NCBI GenBank assembly: GCA_013334825.1
Contig: JAAXWR010000001.1
Location: 139,769 to 203,768, forward strand
Origin: Candidatus Yonathbacteria bacterium
Lineage (GTDB): Bacteria; Patescibacteriota; Minisyncoccia; Phycocordibacterales; JACNGX01
DNA length: 64,000 nt
Direction of reading: 5' to 3'
A program made the position numbers and the translations under genes. Below the pieces are notes generated by a model. It was given only the letters and a program-made list of their open reading frames with translations, searched no databases and was not told the DNA's origin. Shown one piece after another: positions 45,053 through 55,520 of the stretch (position 1 is its first letter; each line of letters opens with the position of its first letter).

Positions 45053-46489
45053 ATGGCAATTCCAAAAAAGAACACGCAAGTAAAAGTATCGGCAAAAAAG
45101 AAGACCGTTTCGGCAAAGCCGAAAGGACAACGTATTACAGCAGTCAAGAAAAAGACGGTTTCTTCTCGTGTGTCAGTAAAACCAAAAACATCAAATGTAT
45201 CTGTTGCCAAGAAAAAGGTATCATCCAAAATTCCTCTCCGTGGAAAAGTTACCTCTAAACAAAAGAGTACAAAAGTATCTCCTGCACGTGAAAAGAAAGC
45301 TGTAAAAGCAACAAAGCCAAAAGCACTAGCAAAAAAAGTGTCCACAAAAAAACTTCTTCCTGCAAAAAGAAATGCCGCCTTTATGAAAAAGACGACTCCT
45401 GTGAAAAAAGCTCCGACAGGATTGCGTGGGTATGACGCGCTCAAAGAAAAAGCGGAACTTCTTCTTGCCAAAGGACGTGAACGCGGATTTATTACATTTA
45501 GTGAAATATTAAAAGAGTATCCCGATATTGAGCGCAATGTTATGTTTCTTGATGAGCTTTATGACATGCTCGGTGAAGCAGGGGTTACCGTCATTGAATC
45601 GGGAGGACTTCTCGATGATGCCTCTGATGGTCTTGATATCAAAAACATTCCTGAAGATGCGTCGTATGACTCCGTGCAAATGTATTTGCGCGAGATAGGA
45701 CAGTACCCACTCATCAACGCTGCTGAAGAACGCTCGCTTGCTCAGCGTATTGAAGCAGGGGATGATGAAGCAAAAGGGCTTCTCGTACGTGCTAACCTCC
45801 GTCTTGTGGTATCTATCGCAAAGAAATATGTGGGTCGCAGTCCGGATTTGACGCTTCTCGACCTTATCCAAGAGGGAAATATTGGATTGTTCAAAGCAGT
45901 TGAGAAATTTGATTGGTCAAAAGGATTCAAGTTTTCTACGTATGCAACATGGTGGATTCGCCAAGCGGTCACACGCGCGCTTGCTGATCAGTCGCGTACC
46001 ATTCGTATTCCTGTGCACATGGTAGAGACGATTGCCAAATACAAGCAAGTTGCCAAACGTTTGGCGCAAGACCTTGGTCGTGATCCACTTCCTGAAGAAA
46101 TTGCCACGGAAATGGGTATTGATGTTGAAAAAGTGCATCAAATCAAAAACATCAATCAAGACACGGTATCACTGGAGAAGCCAATCGGTGACGAAGAAGA
46201 CTCAGTACTCGCGGACTTTATCGCGGATGACAAGATTTTGTCTCCCGATCAAGAAACAGCACGTAACATTTTGCGTGAACAAGTACAGGATATTTTGGAT
46301 GATCTCTCTCCCAAAGAACGTAAGATTTTGGAAATGCGTCACGGACTCGAAGATGGTATCATGCACACACTAGAAGAAGTTGGTAAAGAGTTTGGAGTAA
46401 CACGTGAACGTATCCGTCAGATTGAAGCCAAGGCACATGAAAAAATTCGCCAACATGAAAAAGCGGCGAAGTTGAAAAATTATTATTAG
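45053..46489 (+). CDS. rpoD: RNA polymerase sigma-70 factor with a ~120-aa lysine-rich repetitive N-terminal extension
   Basis: Regions 1.2 to 4 (YLREIGQYPLI, DLIQEGNIGLFKAVEKFDWSKGFKFSTYATWWIRQAV, region 4 HTH). The N-terminus has KKKTVS(A/S)-like repeats. Confidence 0.9.
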   Translation: MAIPKKNTQVKVSAKKKTVSAKPKGQRITAVKKKTVSSRVSVKPKTSNVSVAKKKVSSKIPLRGKVTSKQKSTKVSPAREKKAVKATKPKALAKKVSTKKLLPAKRNAAFMKKTTPVKKAPTGLRGYDALKEKAELLLAKGRERGFITFSEILKEYPDIERNVMFLDELYDMLGEAGVTVIESGGLLDDASDGLDIKNIPEDASYDSVQMYLREIGQYPLINAAEERSLAQRIEAGDDEAKGLLVRANLRLVVSIAKKYVGRSPDLTLLDLIQEGNIGLFKAVEKFDWSKGFKFSTYATWWIRQAVTRALADQSRTIRIPVHMVETIAKYKQVAKRLAQDLGRDPLPEEIATEMGIDVEKVHQIKNINQDTVSLEKPIGDEEDSVLADFIADDKILSPDQETARNILREQVQDILDDLSPKERKILEMRHGLEDGIMHTLEEVGKEFGVTRERIRQIEAKAHEKIRQHEKAAKLKNYY

Positions 46490-46550
46490 GAGAGAGGGGA
46501 TAGGTGAGAGGGGACGGAAAGGAAATATAAAACGATAGACAGTACTAAAA

Positions 46551-46575
46551 AAGAGCGCGGACTTCGTCCGCGCTC
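46551..46575. other. GC-rich hairpin downstream of rpoD (possible terminator, no T-tract on the plus strand)
   Basis: agagcgcggac-ttc-gtccgcgctct preceded by A6. Confidence 0.35.
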
Positions 46576-46773
46576 TTGCGTGATGATGAGATAGGAATTA
46601 GCGTCCCGCCTCTGTCCCCTATGCCTATCATGTGGTATGATGTGTCTATTGGACGTTTTTGGTTTGTCTCATATACATACAAAACAAGCGATGTATAGGG
46701 TGTGGTACTCACTTATCCAATCGCCTTTTAACTCTCAATCAATAACCAGATACTAGTAACCAGTAACTAGCAT

Positions 46774-48162
46774 ATGCCTCGTATTACAGGACTTTCAGAG
46801 CGCCTTGTGCGTCACATATCAGAGAAAAAGGATGAGCCGGGATGGATGCTTGAAAAGCGTCTTGCGGCGTTTTCGGCATATGAGGAAAAGAAAATGCCGA
46901 CATGGGGGCCAGACCTTTCTGCACTCAAACTTGATGAGATTGTGTACTATACAGACCCCAAGACGAAAGAGGCGCGCAGTTGGGATGATGTACCAGATGA
47001 TATTAAGCAGACATTTGATGGACTTGGTATTCCTGAAGCGGAGCAAAAAGCACTTGCGGGCGTAGGTGCGCAATATGACGCACATAGTGTGTATCACCAT
47101 ATCAAAGAAGCGCTTGCCAAGAAGGGTATCATATTTATGGATATGGATCGTGCAGTGCGTGAACACACTGATATTGTACGCGAACATTTTATGACAGTGA
47201 TTCCGCAAGATGATCATGTCTTTGCCGCGATTCATGGAGCGGTATGGAGTGGCGGTACTTTTGTGTATGTGCCTGCTGGAGTTACCGTACCGATGCCTCT
47301 TCAATCATATTTTTGGATGCAAGCACGCAAGAGTGGGCAGTTTGAACATACACTTATTATTGCTGAAGAAGGATCATCGCTCGAATACATTGAAGGATGT
47401 GGCGCGCCACAATACGCGGAACATGCGCTTCACGCGGGAGCGGTTGAAGTCATTGTGAAAAAAGACGCGCATGTCCGCTATACAAGTCTCGAAAATTGGT
47501 CCAAGAACACGTATAACTTAAACACCAAACGTGCTGTTGTTGGTGAAAATGCGAGTATTCATTGGGTTGGTGGCAATATGGGTGCTGGGGTAACAATGCT
47601 CTACCCAACATCTATTTTGTCGGGACGTGGCGCACGCGCGCATCATGTTTCTGTCGCTGTCGCGGGTGGTGGACAGGTACAAGATACGGGGGGAAAAGTG
47701 ATTCATCTTGCGTCTGATACCGTCTCTACCATTCATGCCCGTTCCATCGCACATCGTGGGGGTGAAAGTGTGTTTCGTGGATTGGTTGATGTAGGCCCAC
47801 AAGCAAAAGGTGCTATATCCGCGACAGTGTGTGACTCACTTCTTCTTGATGATACTTCGCGTGCGGAAAGTTATCCTGCAGTGAAAAGCTCACGCAGTGA
47901 TGTTGAGCTCACGCATGAAGCACGTATCGGCACCATAGGAGAAGAAGAACTTTTTTACGCCCGTTCGCGCGGATTTAACGAAGCAGACGCGACACGGCTT
48001 ATCGTTGGTGGATTTTTGCGTCCTGTCTCTGAAGCGCTTCCTGTTGAATACGCGCTTGAATTCCAAAAACTTCTCGACATGGAACTTTCTGAACAAAAGA
48101 AGCCACGCAAACGTCGCAAGAAGGACACTGTTCTTGAGCCGTCTACTCTTGGGGCATCATAA
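46774..48162 (+). CDS. sufB: Fe-S cluster assembly scaffold protein SufB
   Basis: SufB/SufD beta-helix core with the conserved SufB blocks. Confidence 0.88.
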   Translation: MPRITGLSERLVRHISEKKDEPGWMLEKRLAAFSAYEEKKMPTWGPDLSALKLDEIVYYTDPKTKEARSWDDVPDDIKQTFDGLGIPEAEQKALAGVGAQYDAHSVYHHIKEALAKKGIIFMDMDRAVREHTDIVREHFMTVIPQDDHVFAAIHGAVWSGGTFVYVPAGVTVPMPLQSYFWMQARKSGQFEHTLIIAEEGSSLEYIEGCGAPQYAEHALHAGAVEVIVKKDAHVRYTSLENWSKNTYNLNTKRAVVGENASIHWVGGNMGAGVTMLYPTSILSGRGARAHHVSVAVAGGGQVQDTGGKVIHLASDTVSTIHARSIAHRGGESVFRGLVDVGPQAKGAISATVCDSLLLDDTSRAESYPAVKSSRSDVELTHEARIGTIGEEELFYARSRGFNEADATRLIVGGFLRPVSEALPVEYALEFQKLLDMELSEQKKPRKRRKKDTVLEPSTLGAS

Positions 48163-48165
48163 TCC

Positions 48166-49392
48166 ATGACCGTACTTGACCCTGTACAAATAAAAAAAGA
48201 TTTTCCTGTATTCGCGCATATGCCTAAAGGGTTTGCGTATTGTGACAGTGTGGCGACATCACAGACGCCATCATGCGTTCTTGACGCAATGAATGCGTAC
48301 TATACCCATGCACGCGCGAATATTCATCGTGCATCATATAGCATGGCAGATGACGCGACGACACAGTATGAGGCAGCCCGCGCGGACATTGCACGTTTTA
48401 TCAATGCTTCTGTCCCTGAAGAAGTTATTATGACCGCGGGCGCAACCATGTCGTCCAACATGCTGTATCTGATGCTTGCGGAATATTTGCCACTTCGCCC
48501 AGGTGACGATATTGTTACCAGCGTTCTCGAGCATCATTCACATTTGTTGCCTGTACAACTCCTTGCCGAACGTGAAGGACTAAATCTCTTGCATGCACCA
48601 CTTAGCAAAGATGGGGGACTTGACCATGATGCGACAGCGAAACTTATTGGTCCGCGGACCAGGATACTTGCCTTGACGCTTGCGAGTAATGTGACAGGCG
48701 CCATTGTTGATGTGCGCCCACTTATTGAAAAGGTACATGCGTCGGGTGGTATCGCAGTGATTGATGCGTCGGCATACGTGGGGCATGCGACACTTGATGT
48801 GTCTGCCTTGGATGCAGATTTTGTCTTTTTCTCAGGACACAAAATGTTGGGACCTACGGGGATTGGTGTGTTGTACGGGAAAAAGAAACTTCTTGAACGA
48901 TTGCGCCCAGCGTTTGTCGGTGGTGGCATGTCCGAGGAAACAGACATGACACACATGCGCTGTACTGATGTGCCGTATCGTTTTGAGGCGGGGACACCAC
49001 CCATTGCTGAAGCGATAGGGCTTGGTCGTTCAGTGCGCTATAGTGAAGAGCTTGGTATGGACGCGATGCGCGCACACATTCGTGATATGGTTGCATACGC
49101 GACAGAAAAGGTCGGTGCATTTTCTGGTGTAACATTGCATTCAATGAAAGACGCAGATCGCAATATTGGTATTGTCTCATTTACACTTGAGGGAATACAT
49201 CCGCATGATGTGGCGCATATCTTGGGTGAACAAGGAGTCGCGGTGCGCGCGGGACATCATTGCGCGGAGCCTCTCGCAAAAGCACTTGGCGTACCGGGGA
49301 CTGTCCGCGCGGGTTTTCATGTCTATACTACTAGGGAAGATATTGATGCCCTTGTCGCTGGCATTGCCGTCGCACGTAAAACATTTGTATAA
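48166..49392 (+). CDS. sufS: cysteine desulfurase SufS (PLP-dependent, class V aminotransferase)
   Basis: SGHKMLGPTGIGVLYGK (PLP lysine) and RAGHHCAEP. Confidence 0.88.
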   Translation: MTVLDPVQIKKDFPVFAHMPKGFAYCDSVATSQTPSCVLDAMNAYYTHARANIHRASYSMADDATTQYEAARADIARFINASVPEEVIMTAGATMSSNMLYLMLAEYLPLRPGDDIVTSVLEHHSHLLPVQLLAEREGLNLLHAPLSKDGGLDHDATAKLIGPRTRILALTLASNVTGAIVDVRPLIEKVHASGGIAVIDASAYVGHATLDVSALDADFVFFSGHKMLGPTGIGVLYGKKKLLERLRPAFVGGGMSEETDMTHMRCTDVPYRFEAGTPPIAEAIGLGRSVRYSEELGMDAMRAHIRDMVAYATEKVGAFSGVTLHSMKDADRNIGIVSFTLEGIHPHDVAHILGEQGVAVRAGHHCAEPLAKALGVPGTVRAGFHVYTTREDIDALVAGIAVARKTFV

Positions 49393-49403
49393 TATATATC
49401 ATC

Positions 49404-49862
49404 ATGGAAAGCGACATTTACAGAGACCGTATATTGGAACATCATCGGTTTCCTCGACACAAAGGGCGTCTTAATCGTGCTTCGATGAGTACCGAAGGGA
49501 CGAATGCTTCATGTGGGGACAAAGTAACACTCACATTAAAATGGGATGGGAAAAAACTCGCGAATGCGCGTTTTCACGGTGAAGGATGTGCACTCTCCCT
49601 TGCGTCGTGTGATATCCTCCTTGAACATGTGATTAGCATGACAGCAACAAAAATCGCCACACTGACTCCTGGTGATATGTATGACCTTCTTGGCGTGACG
49701 GTAAATCCTGGACGTTCTGCATGTGCGCTTCTCTGTCTCAAGACATTGACACGTGTCGCGGGAGAATATGCGGCGTCTTTTGAAGAATCTCATGTGGATG
49801 AAGAAGATACATCCGCGGTGCCGTCTCCCGAATCTTTTGGGGATGATGAATATTCACAGTAA
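49404..49862 (+). CDS. sufU: SufU/IscU-type sulfur acceptor with an acidic C-terminal extension
   Basis: NASCGD, GEGCALSLAS, and a C-terminal Cys. Confidence 0.8.
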   Translation: MESDIYRDRILEHHRFPRHKGRLNRASMSTEGTNASCGDKVTLTLKWDGKKLANARFHGEGCALSLASCDILLEHVISMTATKIATLTPGDMYDLLGVTVNPGRSACALLCLKTLTRVAGEYAASFEESHVDEEDTSAVPSPESFGDDEYSQ

Positions 49863-49870
49863 CACACTCT

Positions 49871-50632
49871 ATGCAATCACTCTTTGAAGCAAAAAAAATT
49901 TCTGTAGAAACCGCAGATGGCGCGCGTATCGTTTCCGACGTGTCTTTTGTTGTGGAGAAAAAAGAACTCCACGTTATCATGGGACCGAATGGTTCTGGTA
50001 AGACGACACTTATTTCCGCATTGATGGGGCACCCGCGTTATACTATTGTAGAAGGAAAAATACTTTTGTCAGGAAAAGATTTAACGACCGTACCTCCTGA
50101 AATTCGCGCGAAAAAAGGGATGTTTTTGTCCCCGCAACATCCACCTGCTCTTGCAGGTGTCACACTTGCGTCATTTATTCATCGTGCGCGGTTGGCGCGT
50201 TTTGGTAAGCGCGAACTTTCTCCTCTTGATCGTTATCGAAGTTTGAGACAGGCGACTATTGACGCGGGACTTTCCGAAGCGCTTCTTGACCGTAATGTAA
50301 ATGAAGATTTTTCTGGCGGAGAAAAGAAGCAAGCCGAAATTATCCAACTTATTGGACTTGGTCCCAAAATCGCGTTTCTTGATGAACCTGACGCAGGGCT
50401 TGATGTGGATGCGGTCGCGCGTGTGGGCAAAGCTATCATGACACTCCGCAAAAAAGGTATGTCCGTCGTACTTATCACGCATACACCATCACTTCTTAAG
50501 CATGTCGCGCCGACAAAAGTACACATTATGAAAGACGGACATATCATTCTCTCGGGGGGAAAAGAACTCGCAGAGCGTGTACTTGAGGAAGGATACGAGC
50601 ATATCAACGCAACTGATATACAGCATTCTTAA
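49871..50632 (+). CDS. sufC: Fe-S cluster assembly ATPase SufC
   Basis: GPNGSGKTTL, FSGGEKK, LDEPDAGLD. Confidence 0.88.
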   Translation: MQSLFEAKKISVETADGARIVSDVSFVVEKKELHVIMGPNGSGKTTLISALMGHPRYTIVEGKILLSGKDLTTVPPEIRAKKGMFLSPQHPPALAGVTLASFIHRARLARFGKRELSPLDRYRSLRQATIDAGLSEALLDRNVNEDFSGGEKKQAEIIQLIGLGPKIAFLDEPDAGLDVDAVARVGKAIMTLRKKGMSVVLITHTPSLLKHVAPTKVHIMKDGHIILSGGKELAERVLEEGYEHINATDIQHS

Positions 50633-50707
50633 CTATTGGAATGATTGACCAACACATATTGAGATTTAGTTTATTTCTAACTTCCTAATCTCCTAACCTC
50701 CTATCCT

Positions 50708-51013
50708 ATGTCTATCACTGAATTCCACATCACTGACGCGCTTAAAACCGTCAAAGACCCCGAACTTGATATTGACATCGTGTCACTTGGGCTTATTCGT
50801 ACGATTACCGTTGATGATGAAACGGTGACCGGTGTACCGGGTGCGGAAATTGTCATGACACTCACGACGCCACTCTGTCCATTTGCGGGAACACTTATTG
50901 AGTCAGTTGAAGACGCGGTGCGTGCACTGGGGCTTGAAGATGTGCGCGTGGAACTCTCTTTTGACCCTCCATGGGAAGCATCCGATGAGCTCAAGATTAT
51001 GTTGGGATTATAG
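50708..51013 (+). CDS. sufT: DUF59/MIP18-family Fe-S assembly protein (SufT-like)
   Basis: VKDPELDIDIVSLGLI ... TLTTPLCPFAG. Confidence 0.75.
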   Translation: MSITEFHITDALKTVKDPELDIDIVSLGLIRTITVDDETVTGVPGAEIVMTLTTPLCPFAGTLIESVEDAVRALGLEDVRVELSFDPPWEASDELKIMLGL

Positions 51014-51039
51014 AGAAAGACAGTGATAAGCTCGTCTAT

Positions 51040-51082
51040 AAACAAACAGAGGTTCCTTAAGGAACCTCTGTTTGTTTCATTT
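51040..51082 (+). terminator. rho-independent terminator of the suf operon
   Basis: aaacaaacagaggttcc-ttaa-ggaacctctgtttgttt followed by cattttt. Confidence 0.7.
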
Positions 51083-51358
51083 TTCTTACTGGATTTTACA
51101 ACCTGCAAAGCTTTAGTGAAGTAGGTGACTCAGCATCCGCGTTTTAATAGTTTTTCCGTGTATCTAAAATCATGTTCAGAATGAGAGACTTCACTGAGTT
51201 ACGAGTTATAAGTTTCAAGAACGCTTACGAATAACGAATACGTACAAATATACGAATACGACTCTTTTTCTTTTTCATTTTATCGTTTACCGTTTATAGT
51301 TTTCTCTTCTCATATTTCTAATTTCATATTTCATCATTCGTTTTCCGTATTCTTGATT

Positions 51359-51382
51359 CCCTGCACCACGTAGGGTGCAGGG
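51359..51382. repeat. REP-like palindrome (copy f, consensus, with the C flank cgagtgtccgtctctataacc)
   Basis: ccctgcacc-acgtag-ggtgcaggg. Confidence 0.8.
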
Positions 51383-51484
51383 CACACGTGCTTCGAGTGT
51401 CCGTCTCTATAACCCATCACCTCTGACCTCTTTCCTACATTTGTCTGTCCTTATAACCTCTCAACTTCTAATAACCCGCCTTCT

Positions 51485-52315
51485 TTATTCAGTTGTAGGT
51501 GCAGTATTCGCTTGCGGGAGGTATTGCGCCAAATGTTCGGCGATGTACGCATTGATTTTTGCATCTGTTGCACCAGGAGCGGCGATGAGATCAAGAAGTC
51601 CTTGTGATGCTTCTGCAGGTGCTCCTGCAAGTGTTGCTTGGACGGTGATATCCAATAGTTCGTATGGATATGCGCCACCAACAGTGTAATACGAGCCGTC
51701 TTTGAGAAGGAAGACACTGTACGGAGTTCCCTCAACACCAAGTGTAAGGGCGCCGTCTTGGTCGTCTTGGACAGTTTGGGCGTGGCGACCACTTTCTGTG
51801 CATGCGGTAAATGCGGTTGCGTCAACGCCTGCTTGTGTTGCCATGACGGGGAGTTGTGTTAAATCAAGTCCGTCATTGGATGTAGTTGTTGCATAGATTG
51901 CGTTCAGGAAACTCCAGAATGCATCATTGCCACCAAGTTCAGCAACACATTCTGTCGCTTCTGCTTCTGGGCGTGCCTGTTGGTGGAGTGAATCAAGAGG
52001 GAAGTGTCGGAAGACAAGTGCGATATCTCCATTTGCGCCGTACGTCTGGAAGAGACGATTGGTTGTCTCGTGAAAGCGCTTACAGAACGGACATTCAAGA
52101 TCCGAGTATTCAATGATGGTAATCTTAGCGTCCTGTGATCCGAGGATGTGGTCGCCTTCTATGACAGTCACCTCAGGGAGTTTTGGTGTATTGTTCGCTG
52201 TTTTTCCATCACGTGAAAAATAAATACCTGCGCCAATAAGGGCGCCAGCGATAATAACGGCTATCGGCATGAGCGCAGGATGCATTGTCTTCTGTTGAGC
52301 AGTGTCTGTTTCCAT
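51485..52315 (-). CDS. membrane-anchored DsbA-family thiol:disulfide oxidoreductase with a ~100-aa C-terminal extension
   Basis: N-terminal TM helix and the CPFC active site in a thioredoxin fold. Confidence 0.75.
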   Translation of the reverse strand: METDTAQQKTMHPALMPIAVIIAGALIGAGIYFSRDGKTANNTPKLPEVTVIEGDHILGSQDAKITIIEYSDLECPFCKRFHETTNRLFQTYGANGDIALVFRHFPLDSLHQQARPEAEATECVAELGGNDAFWSFLNAIYATTTSNDGLDLTQLPVMATQAGVDATAFTACTESGRHAQTVQDDQDGALTLGVEGTPYSVFLLKDGSYYTVGGAYPYELLDITVQATLAGAPAEASQGLLDLIAAPGATDAKINAYIAEHLAQYLPQANTAPTTE

Positions 52316-52495
52316 AGTGTGATAAGAGATGAAATAACAATAATGAGTAACGCTTTACAGTGTACTACGAGAGAAGTGTTTGAACAATGTGTATGAACAA
52401 AGAGATGAATGTATCGGTTTATTGTGTATAAAAAAGGAATACACAACACCCCGCGGTAAAGCGGGGCATTGTGTATATTTGTCGTAAAAATGTTG

Positions 52496-53356
52496 TTATT
52501 TAATTTCAAACCGCATAGTAACGGTCACATGTATCTCTTGTGAGCCGGGTTCGACAACAGGAGTGGGAGTAGCCCCACCTTTGCTATAACTCATAGCGTC
52601 CATTGCATATGCACGTTCATCATATGTTGGATAGGCGTATCCTTCATCAATAGAAAGGATGCGTCCGACAGAAAATCCACCCGCCTTTGCAACTGCTTCT
52701 GCTTTGGCGCGTGCTTTTTCAATTGCTTGCGCACGTGCGGTGCTTTCAAGTGTATCGGGATCATCAATCTCAAACGAGAGTGATGAGACATTGTTTGCAC
52801 CTTTTTCCACAACACCCGAAAGAAGCCCTCCTGTTTTTGTGAAGTCTCGTGATTTTACTGAAACAGTTTGAGTGACTGTATAGCCAACGATGTCAGCAGG
52901 CGGACATACTTCGACAGGCATGGCGATATCCATTGTAGGAGTCATACTCCGTGATGTGGTATTGCAATTGTAATATTGATACCGCGGTGAGACATTGTAT
53001 GCTGATGTAGTGATGTCTTTTGCTTCAACTCCTTGTTCTTTCAAAAAAGCGATTGTCGCATTTGTTTTGGTTGTATTTTCTTCTTGAAGAGCTGCGAGAT
53101 CTTCTCCTCCTTCGGTAACAATACTGAAGGAGAATTTCGCGACATCGGGGATGCCAATGGTTTCTCCTTCTCCTGAGACAGAAAACGCGCGATACGCTGA
53201 TGGTTCAATGGAGCGTCCGTATGTGCCTGCTACCATAATTGCAGCAATAGCAATAAGAATTGCTGCCACTGACCCTGAGAACGCAATCATGCGTTTTGTA
53301 TCAAATGTAATAGGTTGCATAAGTGTAGTATGAATCATTATGCGGGAATCCATCAA
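52496..53356 (-). CDS. SIMPL/DUF541-family (26 kDa periplasmic immunogenic protein-like) envelope protein
   Basis: N-terminal TM helix and SIMPL-domain blocks (VTQTVSVKSRDFTKTGGLLSGVVEKGANNVSSLSFEIDDP). Confidence 0.7.
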   Translation of the reverse strand: MMDSRIMIHTTLMQPITFDTKRMIAFSGSVAAILIAIAAIMVAGTYGRSIEPSAYRAFSVSGEGETIGIPDVAKFSFSIVTEGGEDLAALQEENTTKTNATIAFLKEQGVEAKDITTSAYNVSPRYQYYNCNTTSRSMTPTMDIAMPVEVCPPADIVGYTVTQTVSVKSRDFTKTGGLLSGVVEKGANNVSSLSFEIDDPDTLESTARAQAIEKARAKAEAVAKAGGFSVGRILSIDEGYAYPTYDERAYAMDAMSYSKGGATPTPVVEPGSQEIHVTVTMRFEIK

Positions 53357-53511
53357 TCACCTGTATTCCCGTGGAATAATATATCTATTGTATGCGAAGC
53401 ATAGAGAAGACGCAATCACGTTGCGGGTAAAAGTACTGGGAAGATAGTATATATGTGATATACTGTATGTATATTAGACAATCTATTATCGGTGTTGCCC
53501 GTATTATCATT

Positions 53512-55128
53512 ATGTCAAAAAAACCACGCATTTCCGTATCTCCTGAAAGTGTCAAAAAGACGCTTCAGAGTGTGAAAAAAGTTTCCACAACGAAAAAAGG
53601 GAAACGCATTCTTGTTATTGTGGCGCTTTGTATTATTGCTGTGGGTGGATGGTGGTATATGAATCGTGACACAGGACCAATATACGAAACAGATACTGTT
53701 ATGCGTGGTGATATTCGTGAAGAGGTTGATGTGACGGGAACTGTTGCTCCTGCAGAAGATGTACTCTTATCATTTGAGCAAGGAGGAAAGGTTTCCTATG
53801 TACCTGTATCTGTTGGCACCTATGTATATGCAGGACAACCAATTGCATATCTTTCAAACGATGACATGCAAGCACAATTACAAGGTGCGGAAGCGCGTCG
53901 CGATGCTGCGTATGCTGATCTTGCAAAACTAAAAGAAGGAACACGTCCAGAACAACTCAGTGTATATGACGCACAAGTGATACAAGCAAAGCGTTCTGTT
54001 TCTGAAGCAGAATTGTCTGTGTATGATACTATGCAAGACGCATTTACTCGCGCGGACAGTGCTGTACGAGGTAATACGGACCAACTTTTTATAAATCCTC
54101 GTTCCGCACGTCCGGCATTTTCTGTATTTATTTCTGATCCTGCTCTTAAAAATGATATTGAATGGCGACGATTTCTTCTCGAAGAAATGCTTACTACATG
54201 GGAAGCATCTCTTTCTGTAAAAACAGATATTACCACTGATAGTAATACCGCAGAAAAAAATCTTTCCGATGTGCAAACATTTCTTCAGAAAGTCGCTCTT
54301 GCGGTAAGCGGACTTGAGGCAACGTCATCACTCACACAATCAACGATTGATGGTTATAAGAGCGCTGTTGCTTCGGGTCGTTCAAGTATTAGTATTGCAA
54401 TTACGGGATTGTCATCAGCAAAAACAGGTCTTGTTTCGGCAGAACAAGCACTTCGTGTAAGCGAAAGCCAGTATAGCCTACAGGCGGCACCTGCTACCAA
54501 TGCGACCATACGCGCTGCCGAAGCACAAGTTGCATCTGCCGAAGCGCAAGTGGCGCAATATCGCGCGCTTGTGGCAAAGACAATGCTCACTGCTCCTGTA
54601 GGAGGTACCATTACGTCTCTTGATGTAAAGGTAGGGGAGACAGTCATGGCGGGCAAGGAAGTCGCAAGACTTATCTCGGTGGGGAAATACGAAATTGAAA
54701 CATATGTTCCTGAGGCAGATATTACAAAAGTACGGGCTGGTGATCATGCGACATTTACACTTGATGCGTATGATGACAACGTGATATTTGATGCAACGGT
54801 TGTGATGATAGACCCGGCTGAAACGGTGATTGAAGGTGTTTCTACATATAAAGTAACACTTCGTTTTATTGACACAGAAGACAAAGTTCGTTCTGGTATG
54901 ACAGCGAATGTGACGATTTTGACTCAAGAGAGAAACGACGTCTTGACTGTGCCGTCGCGAGCGATTGAGGAACGTGAGGACGGTACCTCCTTTATTAAAG
55001 TCCCACAGGCAGACGGTTCTGTATCTGAGCACACTGTTGTTCCTGGACTTCGTGGTTCTGACGGACGAACGGAAGTGTCAGGAGATATTGTAGAAGGAGA
55101 AGAAGTGGTGTTGTTTGAGAAGAAGTAG
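53512..55128 (+). CDS. HlyD-family periplasmic adaptor (membrane fusion protein) with extended coiled coils
   Basis: N-terminal TM helix, biotin-lipoyl-like beta segments, long coiled coils, and a C-terminal beta-barrel. Start at MSKKPRISV. Confidence 0.8.
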   Translation: MSKKPRISVSPESVKKTLQSVKKVSTTKKGKRILVIVALCIIAVGGWWYMNRDTGPIYETDTVMRGDIREEVDVTGTVAPAEDVLLSFEQGGKVSYVPVSVGTYVYAGQPIAYLSNDDMQAQLQGAEARRDAAYADLAKLKEGTRPEQLSVYDAQVIQAKRSVSEAELSVYDTMQDAFTRADSAVRGNTDQLFINPRSARPAFSVFISDPALKNDIEWRRFLLEEMLTTWEASLSVKTDITTDSNTAEKNLSDVQTFLQKVALAVSGLEATSSLTQSTIDGYKSAVASGRSSISIAITGLSSAKTGLVSAEQALRVSESQYSLQAAPATNATIRAAEAQVASAEAQVAQYRALVAKTMLTAPVGGTITSLDVKVGETVMAGKEVARLISVGKYEIETYVPEADITKVRAGDHATFTLDAYDDNVIFDATVVMIDPAETVIEGVSTYKVTLRFIDTEDKVRSGMTANVTILTQERNDVLTVPSRAIEEREDGTSFIKVPQADGSVSEHTVVPGLRGSDGRTEVSGDIVEGEEVVLFEKK

Positions 55129-55301
55129 AAGTGAATTTTTAGGAAATAGGTTATAGGGATAGACATCCGAATCAAGAATCACGAAGCATGAATCAAGAGT
55201 ACGAAAGATGAATGAAGAAATATGAATATACGAATAACGAATGTGTACGAATATACGAATAAAAAGCTCATTCTACACGTGTTATATATCATTCGTATGT
55301 T

Positions 55302-55326
55302 CCCTAGCACCACATGGGGTGCAGGG
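55302..55326. repeat. REP-like palindrome (copy g, with the B flank caagcgtataagttcgtacttcgtaacc)
   Basis: ccctagcacc-acatgg-ggtgcaggg. Confidence 0.7.
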
Positions 55327-55520
55327 CAAGCGTATAAGTTCGTACTTCGTAACCAATCTTTGTCATCCTGAACATGATTTTAGATCCACGGAGAAACTGT
55401 TAAAACGTGGATTCTGGGTCATCTTTTTTCAGCAAGTTAAAAAGTCTAACAGGACAAGGATGGGAAGACTTGATAAATAAAAAGTATACAGCATAATTTT
55501 TTCCAGTAACCAGTAACACC

